Assembly (NCBI RefSeq): GCF_006345805.1 | Contig: NC_043009.1 | Coordinates: 42,222,001-42,286,000, forward strand | Direction: 5' to 3' | Source of the DNA: Octopus sinensis | Lineage: Eukaryota | DNA: 64,000 nucleotides | In this document: positions 1-11,464 of the stretch, in pieces | How the letters are laid out: every line of letters starts with the position of its first letter | How positions within the stretch are numbered: position 1 is the stretch's first letter | Notes under the pieces: model-generated | The model's database searches: none | Told to the model about the DNA's origin: nothing | The model's input: the letters and a program-made list of their open reading frames with translations, nothing else | Made by a program: the position numbers and the translations under genes

Positions 1-288
1 ACGATGCCCCACCCACCATATTCGTCAGACATTGCCCCATCAGATTATCATTTATTCTGCAGTCTTCAAAATCATTTTGATGGAAAAAATATGAATTCTG
101 TAGTAAAGGTCAGAACAGTACTGGAGGAGTATTTTTCGCCACGGACAAGTGAATTTTGGAAATTCACCAGATAAATGGAAGAGCCTTGTAGAAAATGACG
201 GAGAGTATATTTCGGATTAAAAAAGAACTTTATCATATGAAAAACAGAAGAAATATAAAAAAACCGCATTATTTATGGGATGACCCAG
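1..288 (+). mobile_element. 3' end of a decayed mariner element (transposase C-terminus plus right TIR)
   Basis: From position 9 the sequence reads HPPYSSDIAPSDYHLFCSLQNHFDGK...EFW, then after a frameshift PDKWKSLVENDGEYISD* (stop 218-220). This is the mariner YSPDLAPSDY motif. The terminus ATTTATGGGATGACCCA resembles the TIR of the element at 23690-24968. Confidence 0.9.
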
Positions 289-324
289 AGTTTGAGATAT
301 GGTAAAACAGGCGGTTATACATTT

Positions 325-830
325 GTCAATGAATCGTTATCGACATTGACTTAACGAAGAAAGATTAATAGGTTTATTTAAAGGTTATTGATTTGTCAAT
401 CGGTCATTATCGATATTGACTTCACGAAGGGAAGTCAATGGGCTTATTGAAAGATTATTGATCTGTTAGTGGGTCATTATCGATATTGTTTTGACGATGA
501 AATGTCAATGGGCTTAAGGACAGGTTATTCATCTGTCAATCGATCGTTATCGATATTGACTTCACGAAGAAAAGTCAATATGTTTATTGAAAGGTTATTG
601 ATCCGTCGATCGATCGGTGTCTATATTGACATCACGATGAAAAGTCAATGGACCTTTTGAAATGTTACTGATCTATCAGTGGGTCATCATCGATACTGAT
701 TTTTAAAAAATGTCATTGGGTTTCATGAAAGGTTATTAAAGTGTCATTATCGATATTGACTTCACGAAGAATGGTCAATTGGTTTACTGAAAGATCATTG
801 ATTTCCCAGTCGATGGTTATCGATATTGAC
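325..830. repeat. 70-bp minisatellite, 8 diverged units, each with an internal hairpin
   Basis: The core CGATATTGAC or a variant recurs at 341, 411, 481, 551, 621, 691, 751 and 821 (period 70, one 60-bp unit). Units carry the inverted repeat ATTGACTT...AAGTCAAT. Confidence 0.9.
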
Positions 831-1004
831 TTCGCTTGAAACGGAACTAACAGCGGTAGCTTCCGGAGAATTTACGGAAGTGTTATTAGTTTAAATTATA
901 TATGAAATATCGATTACTGTGAACTGAAACACTGTTCCGATTGATTTTTCATATACTATAATAATACTTAACGTTTTGTATATGTAATTGTATGTATTAA
1001 TACA

Positions 1005-1046
1005 CAAACACACACACACGCGCACACTCACACACACACACACACA

Positions 1047-1096
<50 letters not shown>

Positions 1097-1103
1097 GACA
1101 CGC

Positions 1104-1149
<46 letters not shown>

Positions 1150-1165
1150 TTAATAATAATAATAA
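1005..1165. repeat. Compound microsatellite (CA)n(CT)n(AAT)n
   Basis: Directly visible. Confidence 0.98.
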
Positions 1166-1672
1166 CTGATTGGAAGTGTTATCATGTACATTGTTTTGTC
1201 TTGGTATAAAGGATGGGCTACAGCAAATATTCTGCTCAATACCACAGATTTGCTTGTCAGTTGTTTGACCATAACCAGTTGAGGATGTCCCGTAGTGGCT
1301 GACGTTATGTGCATCTCTGATCATGAGCAGAAGTAGTGGGGGAGCATCATAGCCATGTGTTGAGAGGGATTGTTTGGGGTTTGAATAATTCACCTCTGGA
1401 AAAATGGGTGTTTCGTTCAACATCCTTAAATAACACTTATTCAGGGACCGTTTGAGTGGGATGGGTTACTCGACCTGAAGAAAACTCTAACTGGGCCCCA
1501 CCTGCAAGGTCATGTGCTGTTTATCTGGATATGAGATCACCATGTCGCGCACACATGGTTGTGATGCACGTGCCTAGTGTACCCTTATCAGACGTGTAGT
1601 CACGATAGGTATACTGGGCTTCGTATATTTTATCCCAGTGTCACTTTGATGGCATGAACTGCTCTCTCACTC
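1166..1672 (+). mobile_element. About 500-bp interspersed repeat embedded in (AAT)n; probable 3' UTR or non-autonomous derivative of a TAA-targeting (Dong/R4-type) LINE
   Basis: Complex sequence bounded on both sides by (AAT)n in the same orientation, ending CTCTCTCACTC(AAT)n. The family assignment is inference. Confidence 0.5.
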
Positions 1673-1956
<284 letters not shown>

Positions 1957-1974
1957 TATTGTTATTATTATTAT

Positions 1975-2410
1975 AGGAGTGGCTGTATGGTAAGTAGCTT
2001 GCTTACCAACCACATGGTTCTAGGTTCAGTCCCATGGCGTGGCACCTTGAGCAAGTGTCTTCTACTATAGCCTCGGGCCGACCAGAGCCTTGTGAGTGGA
2101 TTTGGTAGACGGAAACTGAAAGAAGCCCATGGTATATATGTATATATATATATATGTATGTGTGTGTGTATTTGCGTGTGTGTGTGTGTGTGTCTATAGG
2201 TTTGTGTGTCTGTGTTTGTCCCCCCAACATCGCTTGACAACCGATGCTGGTGTGTTTACGTCCCCGTAACTTAGTGGTTCGGCAAAAGAGACCAATAGAA
2301 TAAGTACTAGTATTACAAACAATAAGTCCAGGGGTCAATTTGCTCGACTAAAGGCGGTGCTCCAGCATGGCCGCAGTCAAATGACTGAAACAAGTAAAAG
2401 AGTAAAGAGA
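1975..2410 (+). mobile_element. tRNA-derived SINE, family A (about 430 bp, CORE-like segment, internal microsatellite, (GTAAAAGA)n tail)
   Basis: A-box-like TGGCTGTATGGTAAG and B-box-like GGTTCAGTCCC, CORE-like ACCTTGAGCAAGTGTCTT; about 20 homologous copies in the window. Confidence 0.93.
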
Positions 2411-2565
2411 GTAATACTTATCCTGCATTATATCGGTACAGCTCGATGCAACCCCGATAAACTGATCCACCAGTCAGCACCATTAGACTGTAGCCGAAAT
2501 AATAGGATAGGAGCTTTATTTGCATATTCAAAACGTTTCCCCTAAACAAATTTAAAAGATATGTT

Positions 2566-2613
<48 letters not shown>

Positions 2614-2867
2614 TACATATATATGCAAATATCAAATCTTATTTTAATGCAAAGAAGGACAACTTGAAAGAGGTTACAGTTTTGTTATATGTGCTATCTT
2701 TCGATAACATGGTCCCGATATTTGAAATTACAATTTCTGACCCAGGTATCAAGAGTCGTTACTTGTATGTAAGTATACATACATACGCACATACATATAT
2801 GTCTGAGCGAGGCATAAATAATAGCAATACGGAATCGTAACATATAATTGTCAACCAAGTGCGGCCT

Positions 2868-3141
2868 CCTATACGAGACAGCGCTGCTGATGTTTATAGC
2901 CCCAGTTTGTTGCTGGAAAAAGGATATATTATTTTGTGAGCGGGGTAAGTTTACATCAGTAGCTGGTGATTAACGCACGCTGAAACTCGAGAAACTCGAG
3001 TCCGTGTGTGTCATGTAAGTCTAGGGATGGGAGCGATGACCTCCCCTTGCAAATACTAATTGGACACAGAATGTGTCGTAAGCCAACTGGAAGAGGTGTC
3101 TTCCTGGGGCTATAAACATCAGTAGCACTGTCCCGTACAGG
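2868..3141. mobile_element. About 275-bp element bounded by 38-bp inverted repeats (MITE-like)
   Basis: CCTATACGAGACAGCGCTGCTGATGTTTATAGCCCCAG (2868-2905) versus reverse complement of 3104-3141, CCTGTACGGGACAGTGCTACTGATGTTTATAGCCCCAG: 34/38 identity. No clear TSD. Confidence 0.7.
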
Positions 3142-3154
3142 ATTAAACTATGCA

Positions 3155-3232
3155 CACACAGAGCTTGCTCACAAGCCACATGGTTCTGGGTTCAGTCCCA
3201 CTGAGTGGACCCTTGGGTAAAGTGCCTTCTTC

Positions 3233-3310
<78 letters not shown>

Positions 3311-3545
3311 ATATATGAATGTGTGTGTATATGTTTGTGTGTCTCTGCCCGCCCCCTCAACATCGCTTGACAAGAGATGCTAGTGTGTTTACGTCTCCGT
3401 AACTTAGCGGTTCGGCAAAGGGATCGATAGACTAAGTACCAGGCTTACAAAGAATAAGTCCTGGGGTCGATCTGCTCGAGTAGAGGTAGTGCTCCAGCAT
3501 GGCCATCGCAGTCAAATGACTGAAACAAGTAAAAGAATAAAAGAC
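3155..3545 (+). mobile_element. SINE family A
   Basis: Homologous to 1975-2410; 5' end eroded. Confidence 0.92.
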
Positions 3546-3552
3546 AGAATAT

Positions 3553-3773
3553 TACGCTTTTACGCTTTTACTTGTTTCAGTCATTTGACTGCGGCCATGC
3601 TGGAGCACCGCCTTTAGTCGAACAAATCGACCCCGGGACTTATTCTTTGTAAGCCCAGTACTTATTCTATCGGTCTCTTTTGCCGAACCGCTAAGTGACG
3701 GGGAGATAAACACACCAGCATCGGTTGTCAAGCAATGCTAGGGGGACAAACACAGGCACACAAACACATACAC

Positions 3774-3804
<31 letters not shown>

Positions 3805-3958
3805 CGACAGGCTTCTTTCAGTTTCTGTCTACCAGATCCACTCACAAGGCATTGGTCGGCCCGGGGCTATAGCAGAAGACACTTGCCCAAGATTCCACGC
3901 AGTGGGACTGAACATAGAACCATGTGGCTGGTTAGCAAGCTACTTACCACACAGCCAT
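3553..3958 (-). mobile_element. SINE family A (young, CpG-rich copy)
   Basis: Reverse-complement copy lying tail-to-tail with 3155-3545; tail variant (GTAAAAGC)n. Confidence 0.93.
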
Positions 3959-4229
3959 ATATATATCGAATTTACAACGCGAAGAGTGTGTAGAGTCCAT
4001 TTTCTCGGCACCAGTTCTGCACTCTGCACTTATCATTCTACTAGCTTCTCGATAGCCATTCCTCCTAGATTAAATCAGTCAAGCACAACACTAACTACAA
4101 CTCCTCACACTGGGTTTGAAACCGCAAATACGTAGTTGCGAAGCAACTTTCCTAACTACACAAGCACGCTTTGGATGCCATTGTTGTGGCCTTAAAAATA
4201 TGTTAATGTTCTTGTCGCCATTGTTATTA

Positions 4230-4275
4230 AGGATCGTTCCGTCGTGGCTGTTGTTGTTGTTGTTATTGCTGCTGC

Positions 4276-4324
<49 letters not shown>

Positions 4325-4491
4325 ATACATCGTAATCCAGTTAGATATATATGTGATTTAAAACCCTGTTCTTGCTAAACGCATTTCTTTTCTTTAGATT
4401 GTTTAAAGAGCAGAAAGAGTATTTTTTTGAGTTTCCTTTCTTTTCTTTTTCCTGACTTTATCATTAGTTTTCTTTTTTCATATATTTACAG

Positions 4492-4543
<52 letters not shown>

Positions 4544-4719
4544 CATCTTTATTATTGTAACTTACTTTGCATTCTATGATAAGCTTGTTAAACCTTCCTT
4601 CTCTGCCTCCACCCGTTCCTTATGATAAGTAAAACTATTGTCACCTACTCCAGCACACACACACACAGACACGCACGTACACACACACGCATATATACAT
4701 ACATACATACACATATACA

Positions 4720-4752
<33 letters not shown>

Positions 4753-5794
4753 ACATTTAGTACCTACTACGCAAGTACAGACTCACACACATACACACAC
4801 ATATTCGTACACACAGAGCACATTTACACAAACACCCATATGCAAACATAAGTCTAAACCTGTTCCTCTATTTCCACCCCACCCGATCCGAACCCTTCCT
4901 CCCTCCTATCCTTCCTGTAACACCAACAAGTTTAAAAAGTGATGCATTTTGTACTAAAAATATCAGGTCATTTTCTATAAATCACAACCAACGTAAAAGA
5001 TTGTCTTAAAAACAGGTCTGGGGTACCAACATGGTGTGTAGCGGGGGTACTATTTGAGGCGATGGAAATAAGTATATTAACAAAGGAAAACCCCCTTTTC
5101 TTTATACACAAAAAAGTGTGAGTGTGTGAGTGAGTATGTGTGTGTATATGTGTGTGAGTGGGGGCACATGTGTGTGTGTATGTAATTGTATATATGTTTT
5201 GGGCGAGCGGGTGAAGTTGTTGTTGTTATTGTTGAGGGTGGAGGTGTTGCTGGTGCTTGTTAGCTGACAGGTGTCCATACGGATATATATGTATGTATGT
5301 TTTATACGAGTATGTGTATACATGTATAGGCATGCATGTATGTGTAGGGCATGTTCGTCTATGAATTTGTAGCCAAGCATGTTGGTGTCTGCGTGAGGGT
5401 AGGAGGAGTGTCAGTATATGTGCATGTGTGTGTATGCATACGCATGTTTGAATGTATGTATGTTCAATGCGTGTCTGTCCGTGTGTGTATATGTATGCAC
5501 GTATGTATGTATACACACATTTGCATATATATATGTTTATATATATATATAAACGTGTATATATATATTATATACATACAAACACATATATACATACATA
5601 TTTATAATATTATTATACATCCATATATATATATACATCCATAAATATATATATATATATATGTATATACATCCATATATATATATTTATATATATAACA
5701 CAAACATTTATATATACACAAACATTTATATACATCTACATACATACATACATACAAATATTCAGATGCGTGCATACACACACACACATATGTC

Positions 5795-5830
<36 letters not shown>
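4230..5830. repeat. Microsatellite-rich tract: (TTG)n, (TTA)n, (AC)n, (AT)n, (AG)n
   Basis: Directly visible. Confidence 0.95.
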
Positions 5831-5845
<15 letters not shown>

Positions 5846-6294
5846 GTGTGTGTGTATATACATGTGTTATCTTATTTACATTCGTTAAAAGCTCTTCTGA
5901 AAAAAGACAAAAAAAAAACGAAGCAAAGCATACGGAAAAAAGAAAAAATACAAAGAAAAACAAAAGTAAAAAAAAGGTGTTAAACAATGGTACTGAAGCA
6001 TCTAGAAGATTTATAATGTACAATAAGGTTTGGTAAATAGTCTCACCACCACCATTGCCCCACCACTCAACTACCGTATCACTAACCTATGCATATAATC
6101 ACACATTAACTTATGAACATGGGCAACACCGTCGTCACCAACCCAACCACGAACACCACCAGCGATAACAACAGCAAAAGCATTAATATCTCCCTACTTA
6201 TAAACATTACCACCAAGTCTAGCAAGAATAGCACCGGGAACACCACTACCTACACCAACACCACGATCATCACCATTACGACCGTCACCAAAAC

Positions 6295-6527
6295 TTATTT
6301 CTTTACTCCCCACAAGGGGCTAAACACAGAGAGGACAAACAAGGACAGACAAACGGATTAAGTCGATTATATCGACTCCAGTGCGTAACTGGTACTTATT
6401 TAATCGACCCCGAAAGGATGAAAGGCAAAGTCGACCTCGGCGGAATTTGAACTCAGAGCGTAGCGGCAGAGGAAATACGGCTACGCATTCGCCCGGCGTG
6501 CTAACGTTTCTGCCAGCTCACCGCCTT
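6295..6527 (-). mobile_element. tRNA-derived SINE, family B (about 230 bp)
   Basis: Reverse complement begins GGCGGTGAGCTGGCAGAAACG with B box GAGTTCAAATTC and central GTCGACTTTGCCTTTCATCCTTTCGGGGTCGAT. Homologs at 17686-17915 and 63815-64000. Confidence 0.92.
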
Positions 6528-6937
6528 CAGCAAAACCATCATCACCACTAACAACACCACCAACGCCACCAGCAAGACAATAACCGCCAGCATCACCACT
6601 ACCAACGACAGCAACAACACAATCAAGACAGTTGCCAAGACAACCACCACTAAGAGTAGAGCCACCAACACCACCACCATCACTAACTACACCACTACAG
6701 CCATTGCCAAGACTAGCCTCCACCACCAGCACTAACAACACCACCACCGCCTCCATCAGCAACAACACCTTCAAGACGGGTACCAGCTACAATGTCACTA
6801 TCACCACCATCGAGTTCAAAATTAACATCATTACCATTATCTCCATCACAACCACCACGCCACCACCGCCACCACCTTGACTAGCACCGCCAGCATACCA
6901 TCACGACCAAAAACCAACAACAACAACAACATCAAGT

Positions 6938-7425
6938 GGAGGCGCAATGGCCCAGTGGTTAGGGCAGCGGACTCGCGGTCGTAAGAACGCAGTTTCGATT
7001 CCTAGACCGAGCAATGTGAGTGTTTATTGAGCAAAAGTACCTAAGCTCCACGAGGCTCCGGCGGGGTGGTGGTGGTGAACCCCGCTATACTATTTCACCA
7101 CAACTTTCTCTCACTCTTTTCTCATACTTCTGCCACAAAGCACAGGAACCGTGGTGTAACTCACTATGGTGTGGTATACTTTCTGACCCTGGTCAAGATT
7201 GCGTAACCTCTGTACCCCAGGACGGTTCAGCTCTCCACCTGGTTAAAGCCAACGTTTACGGAATGAGGATAACAACGTAGCTTTCGCGCCCGTGCAACCG
7301 CCAGTCTATCGCGCGTGGTGGGTGGATCTTCAGATTGCCGCACGCATTCTTATTAGCTTAGAGTAGGTTCGAATAGAGATTATTCTTTGTGGCTAATGGC
7401 ATGAGTCCTGATTGGAAGAAAAACA
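6938..7425 (+). mobile_element. tRNA-derived SINE, family C long form (about 490 bp)
   Basis: Head TGGAGGCGCAATGGCCCAGTGGTTAGG...TTTCGATTCC; end-to-end homologous to 47935-48425 (-). Confidence 0.9.
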
Positions 7426-7559
7426 ACAACCACCAATCCAATCGTCACCACCACTACCACTATCAGCACCAGCCTACCGTTACCCTCACCAGTACCACAA
7501 TGCAAATCTACTACAACACCCCCACACCACATGCCAAAAGCTTTTAACATCCAACTGTG

Positions 7560-7691
7560 TTTGGTAAGTTAGCTTTCCAACCACATAGTTCAGGGTTCAG
7601 TCCCTCTGCGTGGCATCTTGGGTACTATGGCCTCGGGCCGACCAAAGCCTCGTGAGTGGATTCGGTAGAAGGAAACTGAAAGAAGCCAGTC

Positions 7692-7728
<37 letters not shown>

Positions 7729-7997
7729 GTGTGTGTGTGTGTGTGTTTGTGTATTTGTGTGCGTATGAATGTGTGTGTCTTTGTGTCTATGTTTGTACCC
7801 ACCACCGCTTGACAACCGGTGTTGGTGAGCTTACGTCCTCGTAGCCTAGCGGTTCAGCAAAAGAGGCCGATAAATTGGGTACCTGGCTTTTAAAAAATTA
7901 ATAAGTACAAGGGTAGGTTCATTCGACTAAAAATATTTAAAGGCGGTGCTCCAGCATGGCCGAAGCCTAATGCTGAAACAAGTTCAGTGATAAAAGA
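7560..7997 (+). mobile_element. SINE family A
   Basis: Diverged homolog. Confidence 0.88.
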
Positions 7998-8487
7998 TAT
8001 GGCCTCACTCTGAACCTTCACCACCACAATATTCACGCCACCACCACCACCACCACCCATTATTATCACCCATTACCATCCACCCCTCCTGAGTTTCACT
8101 ACCACCAGACAAAAATCAACCACTACCACCCCCACGCCCGCCACCTCACTAAGACAACCATTGTCATCACCAGCGACGCCACCAGCAACAAAATGAAAAA
8201 GACCGATCGCAACCACCATACCATTCCAACACCACCACTGCTAAAACTGCCACTAACATACATTACTATCAACCCCCGCCCGGCTCCACCATCACCAAGA
8301 CAGAATCACCACCACCATTACCATTACCATAAGAAAGAAGACCACCACCACCACCACCACAAAATACCCCGCCACCCCAACACCACTTTTCTCACCACCA
8401 CGACCATACACCACATGCTACAAACACCCATTATTATCTACCTCTTCCCATCTCCACCATCACAACCACTTCCACATTAGCCACCAC

Positions 8488-8544
<57 letters not shown>

Positions 8545-8557
8545 CATTATTATTATT

Positions 8558-8592
<35 letters not shown>

Positions 8593-8909
8593 TAGAGGCA
8601 CTGTTTGCAACCTAGTTACAGGTGGTTACGTGGACACAGTAGTAATGGTGTACGGAGGTACCGATTGTTATTATAAATACCATCAAGTGTCAATAATTCA
8701 GTTGTTAACTTAAAAGATCATGGTAAACAATTGAGCGAGAGAAAATGGTGGCCAAAATGGCTCATATTGACGTCTGTATCTGTATGTGGTTGCGTGCGTG
8801 CGTGTGTGTGTTAATATTTGTATAAATGTATGTACGCCTCCTATGTGTAATCATCTGTGTGTTTAATGTATTTCTGTATATGAGTGTACGTCAATGAGCG
8901 TCCACGTAT

Positions 8910-8968
<59 letters not shown>

Positions 8969-9002
8969 TCTTTTATTTCTTTCAGTCACTAGACAACAGC
9001 CA

Positions 9003-9102
9003 NNNNNNNNNNNNNNNNNNNNNNNNNNNNNNNNNNNNNNNNNNNNNNNNNNNNNNNNNNNNNNNNNNNNNNNNNNNNNNNNNNNNNNNNNNNNNNNNNN
9101 NN
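9003..9102. other. Assembly gap (100 N)
   Basis: Run of exactly 100 N. Confidence 1.
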
Positions 9103-9289
9103 TGCATGCGCAAGTAAAATTTATACACCCAAAAGAATTTCGACATCTTTGAATGTTAATTGAGAATATTTAAAAACTAAATTCAGCTGTAATTTCTAAG
9201 TCTGGAGATCATGCTAATATAATAGTAATAATAAGCTACAACCTAGGGTCCCGTAAAAGCAGTGTCCTTGAAATAACATTTAATTTAAG

Positions 9290-9645
9290 CACAAAGCTTG
9301 CAGTTTTGAAGAAATGGGGGTTAGCTGATTACATGAACTTAATTAGTACCTTATTTTATTAACTCCGAAAGGATGAAAGGAAAAGTTGACCTTGATGGGA
9401 TTTGAATACAGAAAACGAAGAACCGAAGCTAGTACTGGTTTCAAATTTTAGCACAAGGCCAACAATTTCGGGAGATGGGATAAGTCGATCACAACAACTC
9501 CAATGCTCAACTGGTACTTTTTTTATCGACTCCCAAAGGATGAAAGTCAAGATCGACCTTGGCGGAATTTGAACTCAGAACGTAAAGACGGACGAAATGC
9601 CGCAAAGCTGTTCGCCCGGCGTGCTAAAGATTCTGCAAACGCAGT
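9290..9645 (-). mobile_element. Two adjacent family-B-type SINE copies with a variant tail
   Basis: Two GAAAGGATGAAAG...GACCTTG...GGAATTTGAA blocks near 9365-9410 and 9535-9575. Confidence 0.8.
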
Positions 9646-9667
9646 GCCTTGACAGTCGAAACTAATA

Positions 9668-9748
9668 TGGTATATGGCGTAGTGGTTAAGTGCGCGGGCT
9701 GCTAACCCCAAGATTCCGAGTTCGATTCCTGGCAATGACCTGAATAAT

Positions 9749-9779
<31 letters not shown>

Positions 9780-9925
9780 TCGAAAATACCTTAGGAATGA
9801 AAACCCAGGTTCGAAATTTATCCAAGACACCTGATGGAAGCAGAGAGTATAACAGCCAAAATGTTGTGTTAACAACAAACAAGATGAGGACAAATATCCG
9901 TCGAATGTAAATAATGTAAATAATG
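9668..9925 (+). mobile_element. tRNA-headed element (family G) with internal (AAC)n and a degenerate hammerhead-like motif
   Basis: A box TGGCGTAGTGG and B box GTTCGATTC; (AAC)n 9748-9778; GACAC-CTGATGG...CAGCC-AAAATGTT-GTGTT at 9826-9870; tail (AATGTAAAT)n. Confidence 0.75.
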
Positions 9926-9927
9926 AA

Positions 9928-10240
9928 ACTAGTATTGCTTTCAAATTTTGACGCAAGGCCAGCAATTTCGGGTCGGGGCAAGGCGATTACATCAACTCTG
10001 GAGCTCAACTGGTACACATTTTATCGACTCCGAAAGGATGAAAATCAAAATCGACCTCGGCGGAATTTGAACTCAAGAAATACAAGAATCAGCCCCGATA
10101 CAGGACTCGTTCTCTATTTAACGACCTCGCAATGATGAAAGTCAAATTTGACACCGTTGGAATTTAAACTTGAGGGTCATTAAAGCCAGAATGATAACCG
10201 CTAGGAAATAAATCCAACACGCCAATGATTCTGCTAATTG
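9928..10240 (-). mobile_element. Two further decayed family-B-type SINE fragments
   Basis: ATCGACTCCGAAAGGATGAAAATCAAAATCGACCTCGGCGGAATTTGAACTC at 10023-10075 and a more decayed block at 10120-10175. Confidence 0.7.
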
Positions 10241-10877
10241 GTCAGTTTAATTAGAAATATATGCATTTGTAAATATTAACTGTCGTAGATTAGCGATAGA
10301 TTGCTCCAGTGATGTAATGATCTTTAATCTATTCAGTATCATAAAACTACTGACTGACCCGGTTTAGTCTCTTTGAGCCCCTGAATTCATGGACGGATTA
10401 AAATTTAGTGCAGTAAGTTTGTATAGACATGATTGTGAGTGTGTCTAGTTTTGTATTGAATCCATCAGGATATGTATAGGAATATGTTGTGTGAACTATC
10501 ATGCCATATCATATATATGTGTGTGTATATATATATATATAATATATATATAGAAATTCAGGGTGAGTACTTGATAATTGTAAGCACCTGTATATACCGT
10601 TTGGTGGTGTAGGTGGTGGAGTAAATTAATCAAAATAAATACATGATGCCAAGGATTCAGCGGTACATATGTTTCGGGCCTTTATTAGACGGATTTATAA
10701 CAATGCATAATGTGTGTCTGTGGTCTTCTTCAGCCGCGTACAACTACTACCTCAAGGACATGTATTACATCAAAAATTCTACGTTGGGGATGCAAATCCT
10801 CTCATTCGCGTACGACATAATGCGGCAACAGCATAAAAATGAAGCGTCCATCTCGTCCTTCTCTCAATATATATATA

Positions 10878-11225
10878 TACTGGTAAGCTACCGACTGCAT
10901 ACCATACGTTTTATTATCTAATACACACACACACACACAAGAAGGAAGTTCTAATGAGAACTAGATGTCCTTCATTCCCAGTGGTTCATATTTTGATTAA
11001 CCTAAAGCTGAAACTCTAATAGGTGCAATTACTCTGGATCAGAGGAAACCTGGGAACAATAGTGGTTAAGAGGTGGTTCCATATTCCTTGAGACAGACCT
11101 TAGAACTCCCGTAACAGGGGCCCACTACGAGATGTAGTTTAAAGTCATACCTAGGACATAGATAACTTGTGTGTGCATGTATTAGATAATAAAACATATG
11201 GTATGCAGTTGGTAGCTTACCAGTG
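10878..11225. mobile_element. 348-bp Tc1/mariner-type MITE with about 48-bp TIRs and TA TSD
   Basis: TACTGGTAAGCTACCGACTGCATACCATACGTTTTATTATCTAATAC versus reverse complement CACTGGTAAGCTACCAACTGCATACCATATGTTTTATTATCTAATAC; flanked by (TA)n. Confidence 0.85.
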
Positions 11226-11256
11226 TATATATATATATATAGATATAGAGAGAGAG

Positions 11257-11301
<45 letters not shown>

Positions 11302-11349
11302 TTATTATTATTATTATTATTATTATCATCATCATCATCATCATCATCA

Positions 11350-11408
<59 letters not shown>

Positions 11409-11464
11409 GTTGTTGTTGTTGTTGTTATTTTATTATTATTATTATTATTATCATTATTATTATT

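Larger units (their letters stand above)
6040..8520. repeat. Cryptic (ACC/AAC/ATC)n trinucleotide-rich region interrupted by SINEs
   Basis: Degenerate CAC/CAA/CAT runs; the Thr/Pro/His-rich ORFs here are by-products. Confidence 0.85.

Noticed and set aside
325-830. CRISPR-like appearance of regularly spaced conserved cores
   Set aside because: The inter-core sequences are homologous to one another, the context is eukaryotic and there are no cas genes; this is a minisatellite.
8950-9150. Biological meaning of sequence adjacency across 9003-9102
   Set aside because: This is a fixed 100-N gap; true distance and contiguity are unknown.
9668-9740. tRNA gene (apparent GCT anticodon loop)
   Set aside because: The acceptor stem does not close and the sequence runs into (AAC)n and a repeat body; it is a SINE head. 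The same applies to the heads at 6938, 14287 and 17686.
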